NCBI RefSeq assembly: GCF_964355755.1 | Contig: NC_092672.1 | Span: 6,634,001 to 6,698,000 of the forward strand | Origin: Antedon mediterranea | Lineage: Eukaryota > Animalia > Echinodermata | Length of the DNA stretch: 64,000 bases | Reading direction: 5' to 3' | Shown here: piece by piece, positions 25,105 to 39,336 of the stretch | Numbering within the stretch: the first letter of the stretch is position 1 | How the letters are laid out: every line of letters begins with the position of its first letter | Program-made: the position numbers and the translations under genes | The notes under the pieces: generated by a model | Databases searched by the model: none | Seen by the model: the letters and a program-made list of their open reading frames with translations, nothing else | What the model was told of the DNA's origin: nothing

Positions 25105-26790
25105 TACACCTTCGCCACCTTCTACAATACCATAAAAACGTTACCATCAACACTACTACCGTCACCAACACCTTCGCTACCTTCTACCATACCATAAAAA
25201 CGTTACCATCAACACTATACTACCGTCACTAACACCTTCGCCACCTTCTAGCATACCATAAAAACGTTTCTATGAACACTACTAACGTCACCAACACCTT
25301 CGCCACCTTCCACCATACCATAAACACGTTACCATCAACACTACTACCGTCACTAACACCTTCGCCACCTTCTACCATACCATAAAAACGTTACCATCAA
25401 CACTACTACCGTCACCAACACCTTCGCCACCTTCTACCATACCATAAAAACGTTACCATCAACACTATACTACCGTCACTAACACCTTCGCCACCTTCTA
25501 GCATACCATAAAAACGTTTCTATGAACACTACTAACGTCACCAACACCTTCGCCACCTTCAACCATACCATAAACACGTTACTATCAACACTACTACCAT
25601 CACCTTCGCCACATTCTACTATACCATAAAAACGTTACTATCAACACTACTACCGTCACCAACACCTTCGCCACATTCTACTATACCATAAAAACGTTAC
25701 TATCAACACTACTACCATCACCTTCGCCACATTCTACCATACCATAAACACGTCACTATAAACACTACTAACGTCACCAACACCTTCGCCACCTTCTACC
25801 ATACCATAAAAACGTTACCATCAATACTACTACCATCACCTTCGCCACATTCTACTATACCATAAAAACGTCACTATAAACACTACTAACGTCACAAACA
25901 CCTTCGCCACCTTCTACCATACCATAAAAACGTTACCATCAACACTACTACCGTCACCAACACCTTCGCCACCTTCTACCATACCATAAAAACGTTACCA
26001 TCAACACTATACTACCGTCACTAACACCTTCGCCACCTTCTAGCATACCATAAAAACGTTTCTATGAACACTACTAACGTCACCAACACCTTCGCCACCT
26101 TCAACCATACCATAAACACGTTACTATCAACACTACTACCATCACCTTCGCCACATTCTACTATACCATAAAAACGTTACTATCAACACTACTACCGTCA
26201 CCAACACCTTCGCCACATTCTACTATACCATAAAAACGTTACTATCAACACTACTACCATCACCTTCGCCACATTCTACCATACCATAAACACGTCACTA
26301 TAAACACTACTAACGTCACCAACACCTTCGCCACCTTCTACCATACCATAAAAACGTTACCATCAATACTACTACCATCACCTTCGCCACATTCTACTAT
26401 ACCATAAAAACGTCACTATAAACACTACTAACGTCACCAACACCTTCGCCACCTTCTACCATACCATAAAAACGTTACCATCAACACTACTACCGTCACC
26501 AACACCTTCGCCGCCTTATACCATAATATAAAAACGTTACTATGAACACTACTAACGTCACCAACACCTTCGCCACCTTCTACCATACCATAAACACGTT
26601 ACCATCAACACTACTACCGTCACTAACACCTTCGCCCCCTTCTACCATACCATAAACACGTTACCATCAACACTACTACCGTCACTAACACCTTCGCCAC
26701 CTTCTACCATACCATAAAAACTTTACCATGAACATAACTACCGTCACCAACACCGTCTACCATACCATAAAACGTTACTATCAACACTAC
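25105..26790. repeat. Minisatellite with a 62-bp unit (56- and 64-bp variants), about 27 copies, with a 542-bp higher-order repeat
   Basis: Unit cataaaaacgttaccatcaacactactaccgtcaccaacaccttcgccaccttctaccatac. The variant order starting at 25381 repeats from 25923. Confidence 0.95.
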
Positions 26791-29700
26791 TTTACCAATA
26801 CCTTCACCATCAATAAATTTACCATAAACATTCCACATCAGCGCTTAGAGAAGCTTGCTTGTAGAGCGCTATATAAGAATAAACTATTATTATCATTCAC
26901 CAAGAATATCATACCAACATCAAGTTTACCATCAACACTTAAGTTCCACCAAAAAGCTGCGATCATCGTTAGAATCACCAATTATCTGCATTGTCAATAT
27001 CATACTAATATTCAGAAATGTTTTTTTTTTCCAACAGAAAGTTATTTGGGAAATTATCGTTATTAATTTTGATGCCGTGATCGACAGATTAATAATTCTT
27101 GTGAAACGTTAATTTTGTGTAAGTCATCGTGGAGGAGTAATCAATCGGATCTCAAAAGGGAAATCACACAGAAAACATGATATGAATAAACATGATAATG
27201 CTTATCAATTGCATGCCTCTTGGGCCAAATTTAACATGATGATGAAGGAATATTACCCAAATTAAAGGAGATATGTATCTATCAATTATTCGATCTTGAT
27301 GAGTTTATAATGATGAAAATTGATAATGTTTCATAAGATTCCCTTGAGTTTGTTTGTATATCACCATCTGTGGGAGTAAAGGAAGGAATGTAATTATTAT
27401 CTCGAAGGGTTAACTTATAAAGAATGAATCCGAGAATACACAAATTGCATAATGCATTATCAACCTGAATTCTTCATGGAATTTTACTTGTAGCAGTAAT
27501 ATCGGGTTTTAATTTTCAGTAGTTCAGTTCAAGATTACAAGTTCATGCCCCTTGTGTCAATTATATTACTGCTACAGGATATATTGCCTAAACTAAATGC
27601 AATATATCTATTAATTATTATCACATGGATGCATTCTAGGCAATGTGAGGAACATGCTGATAATTATTGAAGAACATGCGGTAAAAAACAAGATATACAC
27701 GTGATTGAAAAGTCACTTGTGTTATTTTAACCATGGAGGTAAATTACCAGGCCTAGGTATAAGCCTAAAGCTTGATTCCCAGTAGGACGCATTCACAAGC
27801 AAGTTCGGATAATCCGTCGCTTGTGATTGGTCAAATTACTCGCGTTGCGTCATAGTTGGAAGTAATCTTCTAAGCAATTTGGGAAATCATTGAACAAATT
27901 CTATATCTATATTTTCTGTAATATAAGTAGTTATAAATGTTATAACTTTTAATGATTTATTCAATGATTTTCCAAATAAAGTGTCCTTCCACCATTATTT
28001 CCCTAATCCTCTCTGCTTCCAGAATATCTTACATTATTGGCAGAAATCGATTATTATTAACGTCACATGTTCAGTTGCAATTATCAAACAATTTAACATA
28101 CCGAACTAGAACATGGAAAATCTAATTATTTGCAACATTAACGTTTGAAGTCGTCTGTATACTGATGTAAATTTAATTATACAATAAATTCTGTATGGCG
28201 TACATGCACCGACCTTTCAATAAGAAACTCCTTAATTCATTTCAATTCTATGAGTGCTACTGCATGATCCAGTACTTTGCCTGTTTTGTCATTTATAAAT
28301 TTTTCTTCTACGGAAGTGATTAACTTTATTAAAACTACAAAATAATCTATTCAAAGTCTGATTTTATTAATCTTTATTTTTCATGTGTTTAAGGGACAAT
28401 ACATCTTCAAAATATCGAATCGATTTTTAGTCTCTAGAAAATTTGGACACTTAACATTAAACCCTTTCACGAAAAACATGGTCTGGGATAATAAGCAGTT
28501 GAAATCTATTTAAGTGGATACGATTAATGCGCAGGCAATTTATATAGGCACAAAATACATGTCGCCATTTGTGTGTTTTATCAATAATGTTAAAACCACT
28601 CAGTATTTCAAAATAAGGTATTTTGAGTTATTTATTGTCACTTTCAATTTACTCCACTAGGCTATAATGTCACGCTGTACACGTCTTCAATAGATATTTT
28701 GACGACGTTTTTATTTTTTTTACCAAGTTTTATTTCCAAGAAAACGACTTGAAGCTAGAATTAAATTGGCCAAAAATAAAAGGCTCACAATATTTTTCTG
28801 CAGAAAATTTATTCTACAGAGTTTCTCGAAACATGTCACATTTTAAGGTAGTCTGCTTATTTATTAAACGCCTCAATATCGGTATTTTAACATAAAAATA
28901 TTAAATGCAAAAGTATGAAACAAAAAAAAGACAGAATAATAAAAACAGATCAAAATATGAAAACAGATGCAAAATTAGGTATGAACAAAATTTACATAAT
29001 CTGGAGTGAACACTCATTGTGCGGACGATTCCGAACGTCTACATTACCGGTATCAAACTAAGTTTAACAAAAAGAGTGATATGCAAAATAATTATGACGT
29101 ACGTGGGCATATCACATCAAGTGCGTAAGTATAGACGGGGCTTTATAATATACTAAAAATTACATAGAAAACGAAGACAAATTCCTTAATCTTTTCACGT
29201 GTGCAAAAATCACAACAGGTACTAATAAGAAAGAACTGTTAAATGTTTCTTTTGTACTGAAGTTTTTTACAATTCATGATGAAACGGCAAACATGTCGTA
29301 ACGTTTATGGTTTTCTCTGAATCTTGCGATCATTTGAATCTTGCCGACACATGTTTCTTACGAACATTGTTACGTCAACCAAAAAAAAAAGATTTAATAC
29401 AGTTTTAACAGTTTCGATCATTTCTACTCTAGCTTAGCAAACAAGAAATATTCAACACTTTACCGTAATTACAATAGTGAAATTACATACACAATTAGAG
29501 TACATAAAGTAAATTTTGAGAGAAAAATAAATTGTCTCTCAGGAAATCAGCAGGGTAGAATGATGAAAACATATAAACAAAGAATTATAAGATTTAGTAG
29601 TTAAACACATGGACATTAGGGAGATAAGCATTGGTAGATGGTGATGATTGAATCTGTCCATAAGAGCGTGAACACTAATGCTTTTCTATTCACATCTACG

Positions 29701-31202
29701 TAACACATGCTTAATGAGAAGTCAAATACTACAGAGAATGACGAAAACAGATCGATAAATTAAGTAAAATTACGAAATCTATTTAATGAGTACAAAACAA
29801 CTTGTTTTTTTCTTTTCATTCTTTCCATGTGTTTTTTCCATATTTGTAGAAACATCTGAATGTGAAATTCAGTAAATTAGTGGTGATGGCCTATCTTGGC
29901 ATAAGAAATCAATTGGTATAGTGAATAAGGATATAAAAAGGGTCTTAACAATCTTATATTTTATCCAATCAAATGTCTAATATATAAGTCTAGGCCTACA
30001 CAATTCAAATAAAGCATAGGAGATATAAACACATTATATACCGTAGTCCCATAAATTGACTATGATTCGAACCTGCGTGCTGTCGCTAACAGGTCTCCAT
30101 CAATATACCATGCTTCATGGTTGAAATAACTACCAGGTAGGCTGGTACATTGTATTATTAGGCATATTCAATTAAAGTTCTATTTTGGTTAGACACGAAC
30201 CTGTGAAATATCACTACAGGACGAGTACCATACCACAGAGTCACATATATCAAGTCACATAAAAAAAAAAACCCATTAACATGTGTATGTTCAGAAGAGT
30301 GAAATGGACATTGCATATTATGAGAATTCCTCCTTTGGGACACTCCTATTAAGAAGGAAAGACAGGCAATAATTCCTATTCAAGGAACACCCTTATTACG
30401 GGGTACCCTTTGTTGGGTTCCGATGGTGTCCCCTTAATAGGGGTTCTATATTATTTGGTTTAATCAGGTAAGAGTGAAAACCATCCCTGGTTTAATACAT
30501 TTTTGAAGCAAGTTTATTTAACTATAGAGAATATGACATTAAACTCTATTTGAAGCAATAAAGACATTCTGTTTTAAACTTCTTTCTACACCGTCTAACT
30601 TTATAACAACATCAATTTATTCAAATACAAAACAATGTCACATATTTTACTAAATTGAATCAGAATATCAATTGAATCAATATGATATGGTTTTCTTTAA
30701 AATTATGAAGAAACCATCACCATGCTACTCGATACAAAGAAAGATCGTAACAATACGCACACATTCGTCTCTTTAACAATTTAATAAATGAAAATCCACA
30801 CACACATCAAAGAAATATGTGTTACATACAATAACTAATATAAATGAGTACACAAGAGTGTTCACACATCGATACAATGTGATAGTGTTTCTGAAATTCT
30901 ATTTTTAAACATTATTACCTTGAATATGAATGAATAATATAGTAGTGAACTTGTTAAAAGAAATACGCATACAATTCGCACAAGGAGCAATAAATTTGGT
31001 GTTGCTATTCTTTAAAGCAAGTACGTTGGCTATATATAGCCAAATTATCTAACACAGTGTCACACGTATCACATGTGGGATCTGTATATTTAAGCTTAAT
31101 GTCATGTGATGAACGTGGCACTTTTGCATTTGATACTGGACAAATTAAGATGCGGGACTGAAAATTGACTAATAAATATTGGCTGATTACACGTATCACT
31201 AA

Positions 31203-31367
31203 TTACAGTTTCGTCATTGTTCCTCTCTTCGCATGGTTTATATCAAAATGTTGAGAGAAGGCTGGTCCCCACTGGTTTCCACATGGAACCGTGCTTTGTT
31301 GTTTTCCCAGGACTTTACCAGCAGAGGCACTTGATGAACTCGATTTTTCCACTACTAATCCAACATT
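31203..31367 (-). CDS. Putative terminal coding exon of an unknown small protein (NVGLVVEKSSSSSASAGKVLGKQQSTVPCGNQWGPAFSQHFDINHAKRGTMTKL*)
   Basis: A locally GC-richer island with minus-strand acceptor tttcgacttgcatag. 54 codons are open in phase 0 to TAA, and a minus-strand AATAAA lies at 30616-30621. Confidence 0.5.
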   Translation of the reverse strand, partial: NVGLVVEKSSSSSASAGKVLGKQQSTVPCGNQWGPAFSQHFDINHAKRGTMTKL

Positions 31368-32969
31368 CTATGCAAGTCGAAACATAATCTAATTTGAATT
31401 TATAGAAAAACCTTTGATCACGTAGTTAGAAAAAGTACAGAAAATGAGCTATGCAAATGAAGTATTCAATAATCCATATCGTCATCACTTGAATCTAGGA
31501 TGGACATGGGTAAAATATAGAGAAACGTTTCAAATACCTCACACATGCGCACAGTGACTCATATACAAGATAAAATGTTTAAAGAAAAAAAGATGTTAAA
31601 TCTGGTTTACCATAATAATGGTCCTGTTCGTACAATATAAAAGTATAACTAAAACAAAATTACAGAGAGACGCTAAAAACTACTACTTACCAAAACATAA
31701 AAATGATAAAATGACAATGCTATAGGTGTCTGTAAATGCTTGTACAGTACCCGCTCTATGTAAGCTATCACTCTCCGAAGTTTCAACGTTCAATGGAATG
31801 GGGGAGATAAATAATAACTGTTCTCAATAACTAAAGATAAAGATGTCATTGTCTCAAACTTTTAAATTAAACAATTTATCTGCACATAAATTAATGCATA
31901 ACATTAGTATGTATGAATATCCATACATTATTTATGGAAGGCTGAATGAGTAATAAAGTGTATGCATAAATCATGAATATAGTGAGTATATTATGTATTA
32001 GGTAATCTTACATGCCTTTTAGGCAATGATTGATGCAATAAGCGAGTCTTAAAGAATAGAGATTACTCAAACTCGATTCAGAGAATGCCTACTTGACCCC
32101 GTACCATATTATTAGTAACAACATACTTTAGTATCTAACATAAATAATAAAGATAATAGCGAAATTTTGATTGCAAAAAACGATGAAGCAATTCAACAAG
32201 ACGTCATAGTCAACTGCGCATGTCTACAAACCAACAACGTGCATGAACAACTTTTACTAACGCCGAATTGATTTTAGACATAGCGCAGACAATCAAGCGA
32301 GTCTTCATCAGTCAGAGTTAATATCCTTACAGCAATCTATCTAACTATAATTATATTCCGAAACTATGTTTCAGAATTTCTGAAGCGTAGACACGGCAGC
32401 TATCACAATACAGATTTACACTGTTCAGAAGTTACTATATAACACGTCATACAATCGGAAGTCCCTATCATGCTCATTCAAACATCAGTTCTTCTTTTAA
32501 GAATATAAAAAGGCGTGAAATTGGCTGGCTAACCTGGATATGTCGACCGAAATATGTTCAGTTTAATCGCCCATGGGTAAAAACGGATAGCGCGTCACCA
32601 GCATTTAGCGTGCATCCATCCCATAATGCCTTCGGCTACATGTTGCGCAGCAACCGAAAAGATAATTTTGTTTTACGTTGTAGATAGTGATACTAAAGTA
32701 CTGGTTATTATAAAATTCGACTGAACTTTGTATTTACTATTTCAAATTATCGAATAATACATGTTTTTCTTACTAATGTCAATTAAAAATGTGTTTGATG
32801 TTAACGAATGAAATACTTTATTTTTGGAGCTTGTTCTATATTATCATGGTATAGGCCTATCAAATTTAGTAAACAACGCGCTGGTACCACTAATTGTAAT
32901 TTAGTCTACCTTTTATTTTGTTGACTGATTTATGTGCATGTTTGGGGAGAGGTTGATAAAGGATCAATT

Positions 32970-33280
32970 CCTTTCCTTCCTTCGATGGATGGATCCGATT
33001 TATTGATATTTTACATAATGCGTTTTCAAAGACATTTGACCCGTTTACATTGTCCGTGTGTTCCCTTCCTTCGTTCGATGGATGGATCCGATTGATACTC
33101 ATGGAATTCACACTTCTATCTTTTACATAATGTGTTTACAAAGATATTTGACGCGTTTACATTGTCCGTGTGTTCCCTTCCTTCGATGGATGGATCCGAT
33201 TGATACTCATGGAATTCACACTTTCATCTTTTACATAATGCGTGTACAAATCCATTTAACGCGTTTACATTGTCCGTGTG
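32970..33280. repeat. Tandem repeat, unit of about 110 bp, about 3 copies
   Basis: ttcgatggatggatccgatt...ttttacataatg...cgtttacattgtccgtgtg occurs three times. Confidence 0.85.
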
Positions 33281-34457
33281 TGTTCAAAACCCGCTAGCGA
33301 AGACAATTTTAAACTATCATTAGTCATGCACTTTGAATTATCTTGTAATAACTACCATTTTAATATAGTATCAATGACTATTAATATAATGTAAATCCCT
33401 GTCCCATAATACCCTTTGAAATGTCATTGTATCATATTATGAGTTACAGTCATCTAAGTAGTTATAGATTACATGATTTCAATTAGACTTAGATCGACCA
33501 GTTATTTTCTACTTAAAGGATTTAAATGGTATCCAATGGGGAAAGGCCTAAATTTGTGCATTTTTAAAATACCTGGAAATGTATCGATATTTGTAAACGG
33601 TTTTGCGTGGATAGAAATGAATTGCGTGACGCGGAAACACCATGTACATACAGAGTACCTCGACGTTTGGATTTGTGCGCTTTGTAAAAATAGTAAATTT
33701 CGAATTCCACCATCCATACCACCAACATTTAAAAGCGCTAGAGATGCTTGATTTATTGGGCGATTCCATTGCGTGGACCATGATGTAGGCCTACACGCAA
33801 AGAGAGGTAAACATTGTGCTATGGGGGAATGTGTAATGCGTCATGGGAAGAGCTTGATAAAGTAAAGCATTATGGTATATAATAATTGTGTTTTCACTTA
33901 ACCAATGATTCAAAAACCGTCTGAAAAACACCTATAAAACATTGTATTGGTACCAATCGTCGTTGCCAACATAAAACTTTTCAATATGACGTCATAATTG
34001 TCTTATTTCATAGGTAGATATATTAATTTAAATATGGTCATTGGAAAATGGATTTATCATGTTTATATTTACTCGTAATGTTTTTAGGCGGGTGGTCTAA
34101 AACTAATGGCCATTTTCCATTAATTAATCAAAATAGTCCTGGTGTCCGATTTTGGCAAAAAATAAATGAATATAACGTTCATTTGGACTATATCAAACGG
34201 ACAACAAAGGCAAATCTGTTTACACTTTTTTCTAGGTTCACACTCTTTACTGGACATTTCTCCTCATTCGTTCAAAGAAAAGCGTCATTCAAAAAATCAG
34301 TATAGGCTAATACATACAATACTATATGCCTAATATAATGCGAAAACATAGCAAATTGTATACAATATATAATACAGAACAGTATAACTTAATATAATAA
34401 TCTTAAAAGTCAACCATTTATTGAGATTAGTTTTAAATTCAATTAAGATACTCTCAC

Positions 34458-34460
34458 CAT
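34458..34460 (-). CDS. Putative ATG-only first coding exon for the minus-strand small protein
   Basis: Minus strand reads aaaccaaccATG|gtgagagt: a strong Kozak context directly followed by a donor. Phase 0 matches the exon at 31367. It sits at the edge of a CpG-rich patch. Confidence 0.45.
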
Positions 34461-34779
34461 GGTTGGTTTCGCGTGGTCACGCGTAGATTGGCTCCGTTTG
34501 TTTTACTACACTTCGTCGCGTCGTGGGAGCGTCAACCGCTGGAGCAACCGTACGCAATAGGCAATATAATACATCGATATAGTCCTGTCTTCATTTCTGT
34601 AAGGCTCAGTCATTTTGTCGAGCTGCCTACACTGCTTCTGACGCACTGGAATACGCATTATCATACAAATCAGCGGTCAGGAATACAAGAACAAATGTAT
34701 TACAATGGATTTTAGCTAAATAGGAACGTTTACAATTGTTTTGCAGAGATTTTAAAGGTGATATATTTTGTAGCATACG
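34461..34779. promoter_or_regulatory. CpG-rich putative bidirectional promoter / 5' UTR region
   Basis: Dense CpGs in an AT-rich background and an ATTGG (CCAAT) box near 34487. It lies between divergent ATGs at 34460 (-) and 34780 (+). Confidence 0.4.
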
Positions 34780-34934
34780 ATGGCAAGGAGAAGGCGAATA
34801 TTGCCACTGTGGTATTGGTTACATTTAGATGCTTTTCTTGAGTATGACACGCCACAAATGGTTAGAATACAAAATTGGAAAGCTGGACTCTTAAACAGGA
34901 TTATTCAACTTGGTCTTATTGTATATATATTCAG
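34780..34934 (+). CDS. P2X purinoceptor first coding exon, copy A (N-terminus + TM1)
   Basis: MARRRRILPLWYWLHLDAFLEYDTPQMVRIQNWKAGLLNRIIQLGLIVYIF matches the P2X FxEYxTPK.V.I....G...R..QL....Y motif. Donor AG|gtaggt, phase 2. Not in the ORF track. Confidence 0.9.
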
Positions 34935-37900
34935 GTAGGTAAGGTTATTATTACTGTATATATATTATGTACATTTAATTTACATTATATATTGGAATGG
35001 CCCACTAAACTGTCTTTGATATCAGAAAGGTTTTACCAGAAATTATGACAATATTATTCAAGATGCCCGGTACGCATTGAACTAGGCCTATATAATTACA
35101 CATCTGAAACACGGGACGTTTTTTCCGCCAAATTTGACTTAGTTAGAAAATAGAATTAAGCACTCATCCTGTGCCTGTGTGTACATCGTCCATTTTACGA
35201 CTCCGTCGATACCTTTAAATAATTAAGTTATTACATTCGAATGCTTTGTAAAATAAAACATTTAACACAATATTTGATAATACAGTGTCTAATACATAGT
35301 ATAGTCTTCGTAACACTCTTATAGGAAATCAAATTTTCAAGTATAAAAGCACTCAGGCAACCCTAAGATTATTAGATAGACAATACTAGATTGAGACATG
35401 CACAAGGATGTACACGAATAATTTAAGAATTTCCATATCGTACATAAACATCTACACGAATTGATATTTTGTTTATAAGTTTATTAATATGGATCATATT
35501 ATACATAAAAAGAAATTGAATTGAATATTCATATTATAGATATAAAATATTTTCCACAAATCTCAACAGTGACAGCAAACATTGGTAACATCAGTGACCC
35601 CCAGGGGTTAAACATCGGGGTGAATCAAACTGGTTATGCATAATTATTTTTCAGAAAATGTCACATTATTTTTAATTATAACTTTAAAACAGCCAAAATG
35701 ACTAATTGTGACCACCTACCTGTACACAAAAGTACTACTATCCACGTGCACGTATGTTAGGTTAGCAACCTACCCTCGACACAAACGTACTATATTAACA
35801 TGGCCTACCCGGACGATATAAGGTGAACGGATACTATTATTGTATCCCCATAGTATAGGCCGACATCACTCCCACAGCTCTACAATACAACATTTAACCT
35901 TTACTGTTTCTCCACTTGGAACTATCTAGTGTCACATACGTATGTAGCACTTGTATTAGGACTATGTTAAGGTTAGGCATAGCCTATGAAACAGGTTTCA
36001 CATGTGATTCATATGTGACAGTGTACAGAGTTTCCCTATGAAACTGAAGAGTCAATGAGACGGGCTTTATACTAGATTAATCTATGCTTCTTTTAACGAC
36101 TGTCATCGTGCGTTTGTAATTGAAATGCCAACATGTACTCGTATTCAGAGCATGTCCAACGGAATGTTAGCAGGTAATGGTAATTTACAAAAACTCTTCA
36201 GCGCAAGTGTGCTAATATTTGCTTTGATTTGTTCAGTGCTCAGAGCATTTAGGTAGCAAAATTAGTCGTGCTGTATGAAAATTACAAGAAAATTATATAT
36301 GTCTAGAGGCGGTTGGCGAACAACATACTGTATACCCAGGTTTCCTACCTGTGTACATTGCATTTAGTTAATAGCCGATTAGTGTATTAATAGTAATACA
36401 GTTTCTTCGTATTCATTTTAACTAATTTCTGTAAATAATACTATTACGTAACACTAAAAGGGTCACTTTTAAGACTGACGCGTGTTTGTGCGATTTAGCT
36501 ACATGTAAAATTTAAACGAGACCTCAACGCTGAGAGACTTGCTCTGTGGCTGGCACATTCCGTGGCGAGATACCCAATGATCCGGCGGTAACAGAAGGTC
36601 CCTCAAGCTTGGAAGGTCAGTGGATAGGGTACATGTCCTGAAATTGGTTACAGACTGTACCCAAAAGAAAATCAGATGATTACAGAAATCAATAACATAC
36701 AAAAAGCCGTGACGTGTCACACACATGACGAGACGTCGTTGAAGACATGAAGCATTGAAGAGAAACAAGATGAAGAATCGTTGGCAAAGAAATCGTAGGA
36801 AGACAGACACGAGAACCTAAAGTTGTGTTGACGAGTGATTAGAATGAACACATTATTATACTACTCTGAACTAGATCGCATAGACGTCTAACCTAATCCA
36901 CTAAATCATAAATGTAGCCTAACACTGAAATAAAGTCTGACGCTACGAAAGCAAATGGGTAGCAGAATCTCGGTATTGTACTTCCGAGATAAAGGATCCC
37001 ACGTAAAATACATAATGAAAGCCTGTATCATGGACTCTAATCTAACCCTTAATCTAATCTTCCGTGTTACAGGTATCACACGTGAACAGCATGTGATGCT
37101 GTATTACGGAATTTACCTATAATTCCGACTAAAATATTGTGGAAATACAGCACTGGTGATTGGTTTTGTACAGATAATTCAAGGACATTATCTGCCTTAA
37201 GACCAACCATAATCAGTCTTTAACAAAAGATGAATAGCTTGTCAGATACAAATGCACTATTAATATTACCTCTTAAATTTTTTTATCACATTAATTAGTA
37301 ATCAATGATCTTCCTAATTATAATCGCATTTTTATACAAGCAATTCTGTATGGAATACAAACGACCAAGTGTATATAGTACGACCGCTACTTTCAGTTCA
37401 CAGCCTAATGGTCCTTGAGGAATTAGAGAGTCGTAACCTGTTATAATTAATTAAATATTACTTTCTTCGATTAGCCTTTAGTTAATTACTAGATAGCACT
37501 AAATTATCAGTTTTCCTTATATAGTTTGTAAATACGAAATACAAAGCTTACATTATAATTTTACAAATAAACATCACTCTTATTAGTGCATGGTTTATAG
37601 TCATAAGGAGATAGTGATCATGACGTAACAACGCGGTCGCCACCATTACCTCCACAATAAATTCTAATTTAATATTACACCCATCTTCATTAAACCAACA
37701 TTAGAACCACAAACCTAATCATCATTGATGTGTTGATCACTATCACTATGTCGTAATCACCACCACCACCACCACTCTGTAAGCATTATGTATTTATTGA
37801 TTTTAATCAACACAATCGTCTTTACATTTTACATGTTTGGCAAACATGAATCAATATTACGTTGATTATCAAAGAGCTCACAATGAGAAATTAATTTTAG

Positions 37901-38047
37901 TTTTTATATTATGTAGGAACATACTTCACAATCATTAAACATTACGGATGACATATGAGTTTGATGTATAACATAATATAATGATTAGGTCTATCGTTAC
38001 GGTTGGTATATTATTATTTAATCTTTATCAATTTTCATCTTCATCAT

Positions 38048-39336
38048 CCACAATTAAAATATTGTGTAACTAGTACACTGATATAACCCCCTAGTCGTCT
38101 CAAAAGATGTACTAGGTTTATTAAAATACACACAACCACATTCAAAATATTGAACTAGTACACCAGTGTAACCCCCTACACTGACTCGTCTCCAAAGATG
38201 TACTAGGTTTATTAAAATACACACAACCACATTCAAAATATTGAACTAGTACACCGGTGTAACCCCCTACACTGACTCGTCTCGAAAGATGTACTAGATT
38301 TATTAAAATACACACAACCAAAATCAAAATATTGAACTAGTACACCGGTGTCACCCCCTACTCGTCTCGGAAGATGTACTATGTTTATTAAAATACACAC
38401 AACCACAATCAAATATTGAACTAGTACACCGGTGTCACCCCCTACTCGTCTCGGAAGATGTACTATGTTTATTAAAATACACACAACCACAATCAAAATA
38501 TTGAACTAGTACACCGGTGTAACCCCCTACACTGACTCGTCTCGAAAGATGTACTAGGTTTATTAAAATACACACAACCGCAATCAAATTATTGAACTAG
38601 TACACCGGGGTAACCCCATTCTTGTCTCAAACGATGTAATATGTTTATTAAAATACACACAACCACAATAAAAATATTGAACTAGTATACCGGGGTAACC
38701 CCCTACTCGTCTCGAAAGATGTACTAGGTTTATTAAAATACACACAACCACAATCAAATTATTGAACTAGTACACCGGGGTAACTCCCTTCTTGTCTCGA
38801 AAGATGTACTAGGTTTATTAAAATACACACAACCACAATCAAATTATTGAACTAGTACACCGGGGTAACCCCTACTCGTCTCGGAAGATGTACTAGGTTT
38901 ATTAAAATACACACAACCACAATCAAATTATTGAACTAGTACACCGGGGTAACCCCATTCTTGTCTCAAACGATGTAATATGTTTATTAAAATACACACA
39001 ACCACAATAAAAATATTGAACTAGTACACCGGTGTAACCCCCTACACTGACTCGTCTCGAAAGATGTACTAGGTTTATTAAAATACACACAACCACAATC
39101 AAATTATTGAACTAGTACACCGGGGTAACCCCATTCTTGTCTCAAACGATGTAATATGTTTATTAAAATACACACAACCACAATAAAAATATTGAACTAG
39201 TACACCGGTGTAACTCCCTACACTGACTCGTCTCGAAAGATGTACTAGGTTTATTAAAATACACACAACCACAATCAAAATATTGAACTAGTAGGCCTAC
39301 ACCGATGTAACCCCTACTCGTCTCGGAAGATGTACT
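38048..39336. repeat. Minisatellite, unit of about 84-91 bp, about 15 copies, derived from a Deu-domain SINE segment
   Basis: The unit contains accgg(g/t)gtaacccc..actcgtctcgaaagatgtact, also found in the SINE at 43583-43618. SINE sequence continues at 39369-39398. Confidence 0.92.

Noticed and set aside
24978-27066. Thr/His-rich mucin-like ORFs across the 62-bp array
   Set aside because: The unit length is not a multiple of 3, frames shift and stop, and there is no splice support.
34939-34944. Second donor gtaagg for P2X exon A
   Set aside because: Using it would place an in-frame TAG in the exon.
36499-36840. GC-richer patch with a 103-aa minus-strand ORF, considered as a P2X or other exon
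   Set aside because: No P2X motifs or convincing splice sites; more likely a decayed retroelement fragment.
38054-38496. Repetitive hydrophobic minus-strand ORFs
   Set aside because: Translations of the SINE-derived minisatellite.
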